A stretch of 64,000 nt of DNA from assembly GCF_041248615.1 (NCBI RefSeq), contig NZ_CP158425.1, one strand, 5' to 3'. Positions 1-9,161 of this stretch are shown here, piece by piece (the stretch's first letter is position 1; every line of letters starts with the position of its first letter). The notes under the pieces are model-generated. The model had not been told where the DNA came from. It saw nothing but the letters and a program-made list of their open reading frames with translations, and made no database searches. A program made the translations under genes and the position numbers. The DNA is from Escherichia coli (lineage in GTDB: Bacteria > Pseudomonadota > Gammaproteobacteria > Enterobacterales > Enterobacteriaceae).

Positions 1-551
1 CACACTCAGCCATTAACAACCCTATGATTAACCTTCTGGCGCAGGGTCGTGCAGCGAAAATTGCACTGTTTATTTGCACCCAAACCATCTCCGACTTTAT
101 TGCTGCGGCAAGTGTTGAAACTGCCAATCGAATTACGGGGCTCTGCAACAATTATATAAGCTTGCGAGTCAACGATACTCCTACTCAGACGCTTGTTGTA
201 GAGAACTTTGGTAAGAGTGCGATAAGCACAAATATGGTCACTTATACGACCGGTTCAGAAACATCTTTGCCGCATAATAACTTCTCAGGTTCAATCTCAG
301 AAAGAAAGCAGACAACTTTAGAAGAGAGTATTCCAAAGGATCTCTTGGGTCAGGTCCCTATGTTTCACATAGTTGCCAGGCTTCAAGATGGCAGGAAGGT
401 TGTAGGCCAAATCCCTATTGCTGTTGCTGAGAAACAAATGAAGCCAAACACAACTCTGTCGGAAATGCTTTTCAAGAAGGCCGGAAAAGTTACTTTGCGT
501 CAAAATCTCGATATCAAAAATCTTAATAAATTTCTAAGGAAGTTGCATTGA
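1..551 (+). CDS. Type IV coupling protein (TraD/VirD4-like), C-terminal part; ORF open at the left window edge
   Basis: The frame has no stop from nt 3 to the TGA at 549-551. The sequence LLAQGRAAKIALFICTQTISDF resembles the conserved core end of conjugative coupling ATPases. Overlapping co-directional genes follow. Confidence 0.5.
   Translation, partial: HSAINNPMINLLAQGRAAKIALFICTQTISDFIAAASVETANRITGLCNNYISLRVNDTPTQTLVVENFGKSAISTNMVTYTTGSETSLPHNNFSGSISERKQTTLEESIPKDLLGQVPMFHIVARLQDGRKVVGQIPIAVAEKQMKPNTTLSEMLFKKAGKVTLRQNLDIKNLNKFLRKLH
484..498. promoter_or_regulatory. Palindromic operator-like site GAAAAGTWACTTTTC, copy 0 (inside the coupling-protein ORF)
   Basis: GAAAAGTTACTTTGC. Confidence 0.45.
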
Positions 552-1660
552 TGGATGAAAAAATTGTCCTGACGCGCCAGCAAATTTTAAGCTCTGCACT
601 AAAAGTCAGCAAATGTCGCTCGCTCGTAAAAAGGCGCTTTCAGTCTTTGGGTTTAAAGTACGCAGATTCTCAGGAAGTTCGAGATCGGCTAACTAAGATA
701 GAAAAAAACGCGTTTCATCATTTGGGAAAATTTTGTCAGAGCAACGATATCGATTCCCTATTCTCCATGGCAAATACCCTGTCTGAGCTTTTCCTTTTAA
801 AGGGAGAGTTGATCACGACTGATCCCTTTGGGGACCGTGAAACCAGCTACTGGTCGGTACCACAAGGTTCATGCCATGAATGGATTCAATCGCTGACCAC
901 CAGCGAAGGTCCTGAACGTAAATTCGTTAGTTTCCGTATTTCTTTCGATAACAATGACGAACGGTGTGATCTTGTAAAGAAGAATGCCCGTATGCTTGGT
1001 TGTTATCTTTTGCCTTATTTCGTCGATTTGACACGCACGGTGGGCGCATTCATTAATTTGCCAGGTAGTGTCTCTTTTAAACAAGTACAGCGCATCAAAC
1101 CCCAGATTCATCCAGAAACAACACATAGTCATATAGTTACTATTGAGGACTCTCCCTTTCTTTCTCGGTTAAAATTTAAAATCATTACTGCCATAGATCG
1201 GCTTCCTGACCCTAATGGCCTTTATACAAACACCTTTAACAGCATTATTGACCGTGCACTGCTGACTCATCTCAAAACCGAACAGGAAAAAATAGATAGT
1301 CCAAGAGTCTGCAAAAATGTGATTTCGGCTTTTGCCGACTCAACTCTTTCTCTGCCGGTGTTTAACATCGGCCTAAACGAGCAGTACAGATACTGGACGC
1401 CGTGGGGCATCAACTTTATAGAATTTTCCCGCCAGGCCGCAAAAGCAAGGACCGCTGTATTTGTTCCTGATGTGGGACAGATCGAGTGGAAAAGCGCAGA
1501 GCATAAAGAACTGGCGGAGTTAAGCCTCATCGACCAAATCATACCTAAACAGTACCACTGGCTCCTGGGTATCCCGACGATGTGGCGTAACAACTATTGC
1601 AATCACGATCAGAGGCTAGCTCTTTTTCGTGAATGGAGGGAAAGCAATGGCTGCGGATAA
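551..1660 (+). CDS. Hypothetical protein, transfer-region associated
   Basis: ATG at 551 overlaps the upstream TGA (TGATG). 369-aa ORF with no motif I recognise. Confidence 0.55.
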   Translation: MDEKIVLTRQQILSSALKVSKCRSLVKRRFQSLGLKYADSQEVRDRLTKIEKNAFHHLGKFCQSNDIDSLFSMANTLSELFLLKGELITTDPFGDRETSYWSVPQGSCHEWIQSLTTSEGPERKFVSFRISFDNNDERCDLVKKNARMLGCYLLPYFVDLTRTVGAFINLPGSVSFKQVQRIKPQIHPETTHSHIVTIEDSPFLSRLKFKIITAIDRLPDPNGLYTNTFNSIIDRALLTHLKTEQEKIDSPRVCKNVISAFADSTLSLPVFNIGLNEQYRYWTPWGINFIEFSRQAAKARTAVFVPDVGQIEWKSAEHKELAELSLIDQIIPKQYHWLLGIPTMWRNNYCNHDQRLALFREWRESNGCG

Positions 1661-2309
1661 TACAAGCAGAGCAGCAGTGCTCAGAACAATGCTTTTTTTT
1701 GGCATGGTCATTTATTTTGGTTACAGCCTGGCTTTCCAGAATACTGAGGAGCTCAAATATCAGATTACTCAGGAGGTTAATGCAAGCCGGTCCATCATAT
1801 CAAATGACCGTTGGAAGTCTGTTATTGCAAATAGTGAAGCGACTTTAAATTGGTTGGTACATGACTATAAGTTAATTGACTATCTGAATACTATTCTGAT
1901 CCCTGACACCAAAAAACCAGCCAGAGGTATTAACATTGTTGCTGAAAAATTTACCTCTATTAATTACACTATGGCCAAAAACATACCCCTCTTACTTTAT
2001 CAGTCCATTTTCCGGTGGAACTTAATCCTGGGGTGGCTAATCGTTTTTCTGCCCTATCTATTTGCCATGCTAGCAGATGGAATGTACCAGTGGAAATTGA
2101 AGAGGTACGTATTTGGTAAGGTTACAGTTCAGTTTTATCGTATTTGGTTTCGAGCATTTTGGGTGATCAGTGCTTTAACGATGGTCTACCTGGTCATGCC
2201 GAATATGTCACTATTTAACAATATCGCTCAACTTTTCCCACCAGTCGCTTTATTGATACTGGGAATTGCATTGAATCGCTTGTGGTCTAACTTTCAAAAA
2301 CTCATGTAA
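1647..2309 (+). CDS. Integral membrane protein (ICE/plasmid transfer-region type)
   Basis: GGAGGG lies 6 nt before the ATG at 1647, which overlaps the upstream gene. Several hydrophobic helices are present (MLFFGMVIYFGYSLAF, LILGWLIVFLPYLFAML, FWVISALTMVYLVM, LFPPVALLILGIAL). Confidence 0.55.
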   Translation: MAADNTSRAAVLRTMLFFGMVIYFGYSLAFQNTEELKYQITQEVNASRSIISNDRWKSVIANSEATLNWLVHDYKLIDYLNTILIPDTKKPARGINIVAEKFTSINYTMAKNIPLLLYQSIFRWNLILGWLIVFLPYLFAMLADGMYQWKLKRYVFGKVTVQFYRIWFRAFWVISALTMVYLVMPNMSLFNNIAQLFPPVALLILGIALNRLWSNFQKLM

Positions 2310-2319
2310 AGGTGGTCAG

Positions 2320-3501
2320 ATGTTAAGCAGTAAAAAAAGGAAGTCCCCTACAAATATCAAAGAATCGCTCAATGATAACGCTGACCGTTTTTATAAGATG
2401 TTTCGCATTCATACCACGGCAAAAGTTGCTATGTCGCTAATTGCCATGACCGCTGTAGGGTTTTCTTTCTACAATCTTTACGAACAATGGCAGGACGCTG
2501 AAGGGAAGAAAGACCATATAGCTGTAATACGGATTTCTGGCGAGATGGGTACCGGCTCGGAAACGGGCGATGGAACAGTGATCGCAACAGCTCTTGCCAA
2601 AGCTTACAATAATCCCCATGCCAAAGCAGTTATTATCGAGGCAGAGTCAGGTGGTGGTGGTCCCTCTGACGCCATCATTATTTACCGCCAGATAAACGCG
2701 CTTAAAAACCACCAGCCACAGATTGAACGCGTATCAGATGCCGGTTGCTCTCTTTCATCTGTAGCCGCTGACAAGAGTAACAAAACCGGGAGCACAGAAC
2801 GTGGCGATGAAGCACGGTCGAAGCAAAACTCCCTCGAAGTACTCTCCAGCGGTACCGGTCGTTTTTTCTCTGATATCGCAGACTCATATAAACCAATCAT
2901 CGTTAGTGTGAAAGGCATATGCGCATCCGCATGCTATTACGCGGTATCGCCCGCTGATGCAATTTATGCCGACAGTAATGCCCTGATCGGTTCTATCGGT
3001 GTGCGTATGGACCACTGGAATCTGTCAGAGATCATGAGCACAGTAGGCGTCAAGAATGAGCCCCTTACGGCCGGTGAGTTCAAAGATGCTCTTGACCCCT
3101 TCCACCCATTGTCCGATTCAACGAGGGAGTTCATGCAGAAGGAGATCCTGAACACGATGCATGAAAAATTTATAACTGATGTTGAACTTGGACGGGGTAA
3201 AAAGCTTCTCTCGCGTCATGATGCCGATGCTGTTTCTCTCTATTCAGGCCGTGTATGGCCAACACCTCAGGCAGTTAAGTACGGCCTGGTGGATGGAGAT
3301 CTTACGTCAGTAGAGATCCGTACACGTCTTTCAAAAATGTACTCCACTGACACGTTCAAAAACTACAATGAGCCTCATCGTAATCTCCGTTCTGCACTCG
3401 GCATGCTGATGAGCCTGTCTTCAAATATTGAGAGCCTTACCGGTACCACTACCCGCTTGGTAGAATCTGTTAATGCCACCAGCTACCCCTCTGTGAGGTA
3501 A
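2320..3501 (+). CDS. S49 family (SppA-like) serine peptidase with N-terminal membrane anchor
   Basis: The KGICASACYYAVSPADAIYADSNALIGSIGV block matches the SppA/ClpP-fold serine motif region. An N-terminal TM segment is present. A low-complexity insert lies between the two conserved halves. Confidence 0.6.
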   Translation: MLSSKKRKSPTNIKESLNDNADRFYKMFRIHTTAKVAMSLIAMTAVGFSFYNLYEQWQDAEGKKDHIAVIRISGEMGTGSETGDGTVIATALAKAYNNPHAKAVIIEAESGGGGPSDAIIIYRQINALKNHQPQIERVSDAGCSLSSVAADKSNKTGSTERGDEARSKQNSLEVLSSGTGRFFSDIADSYKPIIVSVKGICASACYYAVSPADAIYADSNALIGSIGVRMDHWNLSEIMSTVGVKNEPLTAGEFKDALDPFHPLSDSTREFMQKEILNTMHEKFITDVELGRGKKLLSRHDADAVSLYSGRVWPTPQAVKYGLVDGDLTSVEIRTRLSKMYSTDTFKNYNEPHRNLRSALGMLMSLSSNIESLTGTTTRLVESVNATSYPSVR

Positions 3502-3502
3502 C

Positions 3503-4234
3503 ATGGATGCTTTCAATCTGCTGTGGAGCATTACGGGGGTAGCTTTCATTATCCTTATTTTCGTCGTGTTGCTGTGTCTGTTGGGTTTTATGACCTCTGC
3601 CATAGCGGAACGGCGGACTGCAAAGGCAATTGAATCTGGGCTTCCTGAAGAAGCTCAGGGGCTACTTAGTGATCTCACCTTTCAGTTGTCGGCTCATAGC
3701 ACTACTCAGGTTGATCACATTCTCGTAGCCCCACATGGTATATACGTCATAGAGCAGAAAAACTACGTAGGCAAGCTCTACGGTACTCTGGAGGAAAGCC
3801 ACTGGCGGAAATGGACTCAGTCCCGAACCCTCAAGTTGCAGAACCCGTTTAAGCAAAACCAGGGGCACATCAGGGCTATTCAGTCTGCTCTTAAGGCTAG
3901 AGAACTGGAATGTATCAATGTCGTCATCATAAACGGACGTTGTAAGTTTGATGGCATCAAGCCGGAATGGTTATGTATGGGGATGGACGATTTTATCCAT
4001 AAAGTCAAACAACGACGAGGGCTACGGTTGTTCACACCGGAGTCTGTTCAGCACATCTGTTCGGTGTTGAAGTCAACAAGGAAGTCGCCAGGGCTCTATA
4101 CGGACCTTACTCATATTCACAACATAACGACAAAGTACAAAGCCCCGATGAAATTCGAGCAACGAGTAACATACATTCTGCTCAACTTTATCCATTATCT
4201 GTGGGCAAGTCTGTTCACTAAGCAGAAGCCTTAG
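3503..4234 (+). CDS. NERD (nuclease-related domain) protein with N-terminal TM helix
   Basis: VDHILVAPHGIYVIEQKNYVGKLYG...WRKW...NPFKQNQGHIRAI fits the NERD domain pattern. The start lies 1 nt after the upstream stop. Confidence 0.6.
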   Translation: MDAFNLLWSITGVAFIILIFVVLLCLLGFMTSAIAERRTAKAIESGLPEEAQGLLSDLTFQLSAHSTTQVDHILVAPHGIYVIEQKNYVGKLYGTLEESHWRKWTQSRTLKLQNPFKQNQGHIRAIQSALKARELECINVVIINGRCKFDGIKPEWLCMGMDDFIHKVKQRRGLRLFTPESVQHICSVLKSTRKSPGLYTDLTHIHNITTKYKAPMKFEQRVTYILLNFIHYLWASLFTKQKP

Positions 4235-4273
4235 CGCTCTATCATTGGTAAGGCTGTAAAATGTCTGCAAAAG

Positions 4274-4307
4274 GCCCCATCGGTAAATTGTTGGGGCTTT
4301 TTCTTTG
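4274..4307 (+). terminator. Rho-independent terminator of the rightward transfer-end operon
   Basis: GCCCCA (4274-4279) pairs with TGGGGC (4292-4297) and is followed by TTTTTCTTT. Confidence 0.55.
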
Positions 4308-4520
4308 CGTAGTTCTGATACGGTTTATCCTGTGGAGCATTATGGCCACCAGCCAGCTGGTGACTGGCCAACGCTTTGTATGACGTAGCCTACTCAGGGC
4401 AGGCTATTTTAGAGGGACCGATTTTTATCCGGGCTAATTTAGAAAGAGATAATTTGAACTTAGGCGGGCTGACCACCAGCAGAGAGGTAAATCACTAGCC
4501 GGTGATATTGACAGAAGTCG

Positions 4521-4883
4521 TCAGGGGTTTAACGCCGGAATATTTTGCCAGGCCTCCTGCAAGGTCTGCAAGACTTCTACAAGTGATAGTGACGGCCACA
4601 GGACTGTTTCCGTCATTATCACTCCAGGTGGCTCGCACTCTACTGGTACCAGAATTAAAACAACACGAGTTCCTTTTACCTGGTAGGCAAGGTTTACTGC
4701 CGGTTGGCGGTAGGAGGCCAGTACACCCTCACCATATTGAGCAGGGTTACTTGCCCAGTTCCGCACCATTGCATACACCTGAGGCATATACCGACTATCC
4801 AGATCCCCTTTGGGCCGTCTGAACGGCACGATTTCTTCTGAGCGGTAGGTGGTCGTTGTTGTATTGGTTGTCATCTTTGTCAC
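4521..4883 (-). CDS. Hypothetical protein
   Basis: GGGGAGGTG lies upstream of the ATG at 4883. Preferred over the antisense ORF 4502-4822, which has no RBS. Confidence 0.5.
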   Translation of the reverse strand: MTKMTTNTTTTTYRSEEIVPFRRPKGDLDSRYMPQVYAMVRNWASNPAQYGEGVLASYRQPAVNLAYQVKGTRVVLILVPVECEPPGVIMTETVLWPSLSLVEVLQTLQEAWQNIPALNP

Positions 4884-4939
4884 CTCCCCTGTTCGTCCAT
4901 TTAGAGTTTTAAGCTGCTTTACACATCACACTCAACTGA

Positions 4940-5224
4940 TTATTTAAGCTGGTCATCGTCTCTGGCCAGCATAGCCCAACCATTCGACTGGTTTTCGCGG
5001 GAGTAAGGATTCATTTCAAAATAACTATCTACCGCGTCGCTGTCCGCAACAGAACTGTTGTTAGCTCTCTTTGAACCCTGAACCACTACAGCATCAACCT
5101 CTGCGGCTTTCCCGTTGCGCTGTACCAGGATTTTAACCGTCTTGGGCTTACGTCTTGCGAGCAGTTTGTTGGCGATAAAAAGCACAACAATCCAGGCCAA
5201 AAGCACGTATAAAAATTTATTCAT
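4940..5224 (-). CDS. Small membrane-anchored protein
   Basis: AAGGAGGG RBS. N-terminal hydrophobic helix FLYVLLAWIVVLFIANKLL. Confidence 0.55.
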   Translation of the reverse strand: MNKFLYVLLAWIVVLFIANKLLARRKPKTVKILVQRNGKAAEVDAVVVQGSKRANNSSVADSDAVDSYFEMNPYSRENQSNGWAMLARDDDQLK

Positions 5225-5385
5225 AATGCCCTCCTTTGTATGTGATTATTATACCTGCTTCCATTGCAGGCCAAACAGGTTCGGTGTATGAAAAATAGAC
5301 TTCTCTCCGGCGTATAGCAATCTACTTACTGATCTGTTTTCGTATCAAACTGTATGGCATAACCGAGGGGCGTACGTGGTGAGTC

Positions 5386-5400
5386 AGAAAGTTACTTTTC
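5386..5400. promoter_or_regulatory. Palindromic operator-like site, copy 1
   Basis: AGAAAGTTACTTTTC, intergenic. Confidence 0.5.
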
Positions 5401-5580
5401 CGTAATAGTTAATTTCAGATCCTTCTTCCAGTTACGCTTCAGTATAAAACCGATACCCTCTAATTCAGCATCCTTCACGTTTAATACGCTTCACTTTAAG
5501 GCAGGGCTTTTCGGTTGATATGAATTCTTTTTCCGGTTGCTGGACATGGGTTTCATCCTGATAGTTAAAATTGCAGGCTA

Positions 5581-5883
5581 TCAGTCACCACCACCACCTC
5601 CTCCTCCTCCTCCTCCACCGCCACCATCACAACCACCAGCTATGCTATTTTCACCATTACAATCACCTCCGAGGGGGTTCAAATGGCTGCTCCCCTGTAG
5701 ATGGTGTCCTTGCCAGATCGAACCCGAACCAGCGCCTCCTGAGCGTCTTTGCTTGCCCTGAGGCAATTGTGCAGGCTCACCAGCACCGGCGGTCCCAAAA
5801 ATGTCCCGGGCAATTTTATAAAGAAGGTAAAAAGGTACGCCCAGCATCATAAAAAAGATTACTGAAAATATTACACGTTCCAT
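5581..5883 (-). CDS. Small membrane protein with Gly-rich C-terminus ending in a 13-Gly run
   Basis: AGGAGA RBS and an N-terminal TM helix. The C-terminal GGCDGGGGGGGGGGGGGD is encoded by an imperfect CCN repeat at 5586-5630. Confidence 0.55.
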   Translation of the reverse strand: MERVIFSVIFFMMLGVPFYLLYKIARDIFGTAGAGEPAQLPQGKQRRSGGAGSGSIWQGHHLQGSSHLNPLGGDCNGENSIAGGCDGGGGGGGGGGGGGD

Positions 5884-6315
5884 TGATGATCTCCTGTCTT
5901 GTGAGAGACCAGTTATATCAGGGTGATTCAGTATTTCCGTTTAGAAAAGAGTACTAATTTGGCCCTGTTCGATCTTAATTTGCCATCCGGGAAAAAGTCA
6001 TAGGGATAGGCCTGCCAGAGTCAATAACTTCCAGTGATCTGGAGGAGACCCCGGCTCTCTGAGCCCTCATGGATGGTACGGCTTTACCCCCTGTAAACAG
6101 ATTCACGTTCCGCAGGACAAACATCGACTACTGACGTCTCATATTTGCTGACGCTAATCCGACGTCTCATTGCCGTCTGCTTGTTTTCTTTAAAGGGTGT
6201 ATTAGACGAATATCAAATCGGAATGGTAGGGGATGTGTGGGCACCATGCCCGGCCCTCTTTGAGCATCTGAGAGATTGGAGACCTAGCCGGGTAAGATAG
6301 CTACTTTCTTACGGG

Positions 6316-6684
6316 TTACCCTTCAAATCCAAAGACGAAACGGACGCTGCCGTTCTCCACGTGGAGACGCTTTACTTCTTCGACAAATTCCTGGATCACC
6401 TCTCCGGCGTTATCGGGTGGTATGGCTGACAAAATTTCTTCCGAAGTCAGCCATGAGTATGAATGTTCACCGAATAAATCATCATCTTCGGACGGTATAT
6501 CATCAGGTAATCCGCGTAATGCGTGGATAAAAACTGCTGATGTGCTCGCCCTTTCACGATCTACATCAAATCCGAGCCAGGCAAAGTGGAGATATGATCG
6601 GTCCCCTTTATAATTGCTTGATAAATTAATCCATTTACCAGGCTTTTCTTCCCTTTGAAATCGCCAGCAGATATCAACGCCCAT
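6316..6684 (-). CDS. Hypothetical protein
   Basis: 122-aa ORF with TGGAG 7 nt before the ATG. Confidence 0.5.
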   Translation of the reverse strand: MGVDICWRFQREEKPGKWINLSSNYKGDRSYLHFAWLGFDVDRERASTSAVFIHALRGLPDDIPSEDDDLFGEHSYSWLTSEEILSAIPPDNAGEVIQEFVEEVKRLHVENGSVRFVFGFEG

Positions 6685-6848
6685 TAAGAAACTCCATTAC
6701 TATCGTTCGTATGAGATAACTATCATTTCAGAATACTATGACTTCTTCCCGTATAGAACTAATCGCTCACGCCAACTGGGCGAAGCCAACCGGTTCCGCC
6801 ACTTCGCTCATTGGTTTTTAGGCGTAAGCACTGAAGCCAGTCTCCATG

Positions 6849-7391
6849 CTAACTGGCGAGCCTGCGAAAGTCAGACTCGTTGTTATAAAGCGGCATATCG
6901 TAAGCGGTGTCTGAAATGAACATGCGGATCTGCTCAAGCGTCATGCCACAATGAAAACGGTTTACGCTCACATTGGCCCGGGGGAAGTCAGCACAAAACG
7001 CATTCAAAACATTTTCATGGACAATGCCAATGTTGATCAACGCAGCTGGCCCGTTGTCACGGAAGGATACGACACGGAATCCCCCATACCAGCCTGAATG
7101 GGAGAAAAATGAAAATGCGCCGGATGCCAGACCATTAGACAGGTCATAGCGCAATTTCCCGCACAGAGACTGGCTGTCTTTGCTGTACACGCGATTAATG
7201 AAAATACCGGGACCAACTTCTACCGGCTGCTTGTTGCTTGCTAAACACGGAAAGCCCACCAGCGAAACCTCCCTTTCTCCTGACCAGTTTACCTGATACC
7301 CGGCAGTGAGAAAGTCCGTCAGTTCTACGCCAGAAAGAGCATTAATGGCCGCGATATCGGTAGTCAAAATATTTACGTTTTTCATATTCAT
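6849..7391 (-). CDS. Hypothetical protein
   Basis: 180-aa ORF, co-directional with its neighbours; no recognisable motif. Confidence 0.5.
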   Translation of the reverse strand: MNMKNVNILTTDIAAINALSGVELTDFLTAGYQVNWSGEREVSLVGFPCLASNKQPVEVGPGIFINRVYSKDSQSLCGKLRYDLSNGLASGAFSFFSHSGWYGGFRVVSFRDNGPAALINIGIVHENVLNAFCADFPRANVSVNRFHCGMTLEQIRMFISDTAYDMPLYNNESDFRRLAS

Positions 7392-7452
7392 CTCATCTTT
7401 ATTCTAAAGTGCGTTTTTTGTCTATCAGCCCGAGGATTGAAAATTTGAATAT

Positions 7453-7890
7453 TTAATGTGACAGATAAATACCTGTCACTTTTTCAAAAACAGCCTGTAA
7501 TTGAATATCGAGAGAGTTCATTTTAAAATCCACCAGCTCACCTTTATTATCGCAAACCAAATAAAAATAGGAGTCAAATGCGTCTGTATCTTCATCTTTA
7601 AAAATACGGAAGGAATTAATTTTATCATGCCCTTCAAATTCGGCATGAATACCATAGCGAACCGAGCCGTCATCGAACTGAACAACCCGTCGTACAGAAT
7701 TAATCCGGACGTACTGTTTTAAGGCCCTCGCGAAATCGGCATTTAACGCCAACGCTCGTAAGATTGAATCAGCGGTTTCATTCTGCTTTTTACGATCGTA
7801 TTCAAATATCCCACAGCCGGTGTTACGAAAGACCGGCTGAAGAGCATTAACCAGGTTGAAGGAATCCACGTTTCTGTCGTTTCTGTACAT
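7453..7890 (-). CDS. Hypothetical protein
   Basis: 145-aa ORF with an AGGAGA RBS. Confidence 0.55.
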   Translation of the reverse strand: MYRNDRNVDSFNLVNALQPVFRNTGCGIFEYDRKKQNETADSILRALALNADFARALKQYVRINSVRRVVQFDDGSVRYGIHAEFEGHDKINSFRIFKDEDTDAFDSYFYLVCDNKGELVDFKMNSLDIQLQAVFEKVTGIYLSH

Positions 7891-7934
7891 GAGATATCTC
7901 CTGCCCCTCCGCTATACGAAGGGGCTTGATAGGG

Positions 7935-8231
7935 TTACTGCCAGGCTGCGATCACTTCTTCGCACTGGAAATGAGATAAGCACTGCTGGAGTAGAAGAGC
8001 CAGCACCGCTGTGTTAGGGACGCGATTGTTACACCACGCGTTGAAAAGCAGCTGCCATGGACCGGCATAATACCCGGCCAGTTTCTTTTTTTGTTTAGCT
8101 GTACGGCAGCGGGAAATGGCCTGCTGATAAAGGCTTTCATTCTCATCACCAGCCCGTTTTTGCAGAGTGCGATAAATATACGAATAAAGACTGTCAGAAC
8201 AGTTTGAAGCGTACGCCAGTTGTTTTTTCAT
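7935..8231 (-). CDS. Hypothetical protein
   Basis: 98-aa ORF with a GGAGG RBS. The conserved promoter motif lies at 8275-8286. Confidence 0.55.
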   Translation of the reverse strand: MKKQLAYASNCSDSLYSYIYRTLQKRAGDENESLYQQAISRCRTAKQKKKLAGYYAGPWQLLFNAWCNNRVPNTAVLALLLQQCLSHFQCEEVIAAWQ

Positions 8232-8274
8232 AATACCTCCTGTTTAGAAGTATTATATGTAAACAGCCTCAGCG

Positions 8275-8286
8275 GCTAATAACCCG
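8275..8286 (-). promoter_or_regulatory. Conserved promoter-like motif (minus strand reads ..GGGTTATTAGC)
   Basis: About 45 nt upstream of the ATG at 8231. Confidence 0.4.
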
Positions 8287-8351
8287 TAGCAATATAATTT
8301 GCATTTTTTCTATTTCTGAAGACGCTTTTTAAATTAATATTTACTGAGTTA

Positions 8352-8630
8352 TCACAACTTATTATTCTTCCCGTCTGCTGTTTTATTAATCCCCCAGTTA
8401 GTAATCACGCCAAGTCGGCGCAATTTTTCACGTTGTTCATAAATAAAAAAATCGCCAAGGCAGTCTTTTAAAACTTCACTATCCTGATATTTTATTTTTT
8501 GAAGCATCCTCGCAACTATGGCGCGTTTCAGGAATATGGCTGCATCAGACTCAAGCATTTGTGAGGACTGTCTGACGGTCTCCTGCATGTCGACGATACT
8601 GCTGAGCTTTCGTCTGACCACGCTTAGCAT
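8352..8630 (-). CDS. Hypothetical protein
   Basis: 92-aa ORF with no clear RBS; start uncertain. Confidence 0.35.
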   Translation of the reverse strand: MLSVVRRKLSSIVDMQETVRQSSQMLESDAAIFLKRAIVARMLQKIKYQDSEVLKDCLGDFFIYEQREKLRRLGVITNWGINKTADGKNNKL

Positions 8631-8814
8631 AGTGTCCGGGAACCGCTTAGCGGCTGAATGTAACCCGCAACAACGTTACGCATTGTTTTACTCACTGCAA
8701 TTTTCCATTTAAGTCTGTTTGTTCCACCAGCTGCTAACATCAGCGTTATTCATCCTGAGGTTTCGCCCGCGATTGACAGATCAGAGGCAGCATGGATGAA
8801 ATTGCCAGAGTAGA

Positions 8815-9096
8815 TCACTGCATACGCGAATAGTGGTTTGTATTCAGTTCTGCGTTTGCCTGCTTTTCCAGTGCTGTCATAACCCGGCGGAGCATCGCCA
8901 GAGCCTGAACAGGCGAGCTCCCAAACTGCACTTTCACTTCAGCCGTATCATGATCCTGAATCAGGTCGAGTATATTCACTTCGATCCCTGCCCCGTTTTC
9001 ATCTTTTGCCGTGCACTGAATACTTACCCGGGTCACCGAATCCGTCAGGACTGGCAGTGGGTTAGTTTTGTCTACGTTGATAACAGCCTTCTTCAT
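8815..9096 (-). CDS. Hypothetical protein
   Basis: 93-aa ORF immediately downstream of the ParB-like gene on the same strand. Confidence 0.5.
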   Translation of the reverse strand: MKKAVINVDKTNPLPVLTDSVTRVSIQCTAKDENGAGIEVNILDLIQDHDTAEVKVQFGSSPVQALAMLRRVMTALEKQANAELNTNHYSRMQ

Positions 9097-9161
9097 TGCC
9101 CTGTTTCCCCTTGTCCTGAAAAAGTTACCGACCCGTCCGGATGGAGGGGTCGGTCAGAAAA

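Noticed and set aside
5537-5852. Plus-strand ORFs encoding poly-proline (5537-5761) and His/Leu-rich (5571-5852) peptides
   Set aside because: They are antisense or alternative-frame readings of the same CCN tract. Only the minus-strand ORF 5581-5883 has a good RBS and a plausible TM helix.
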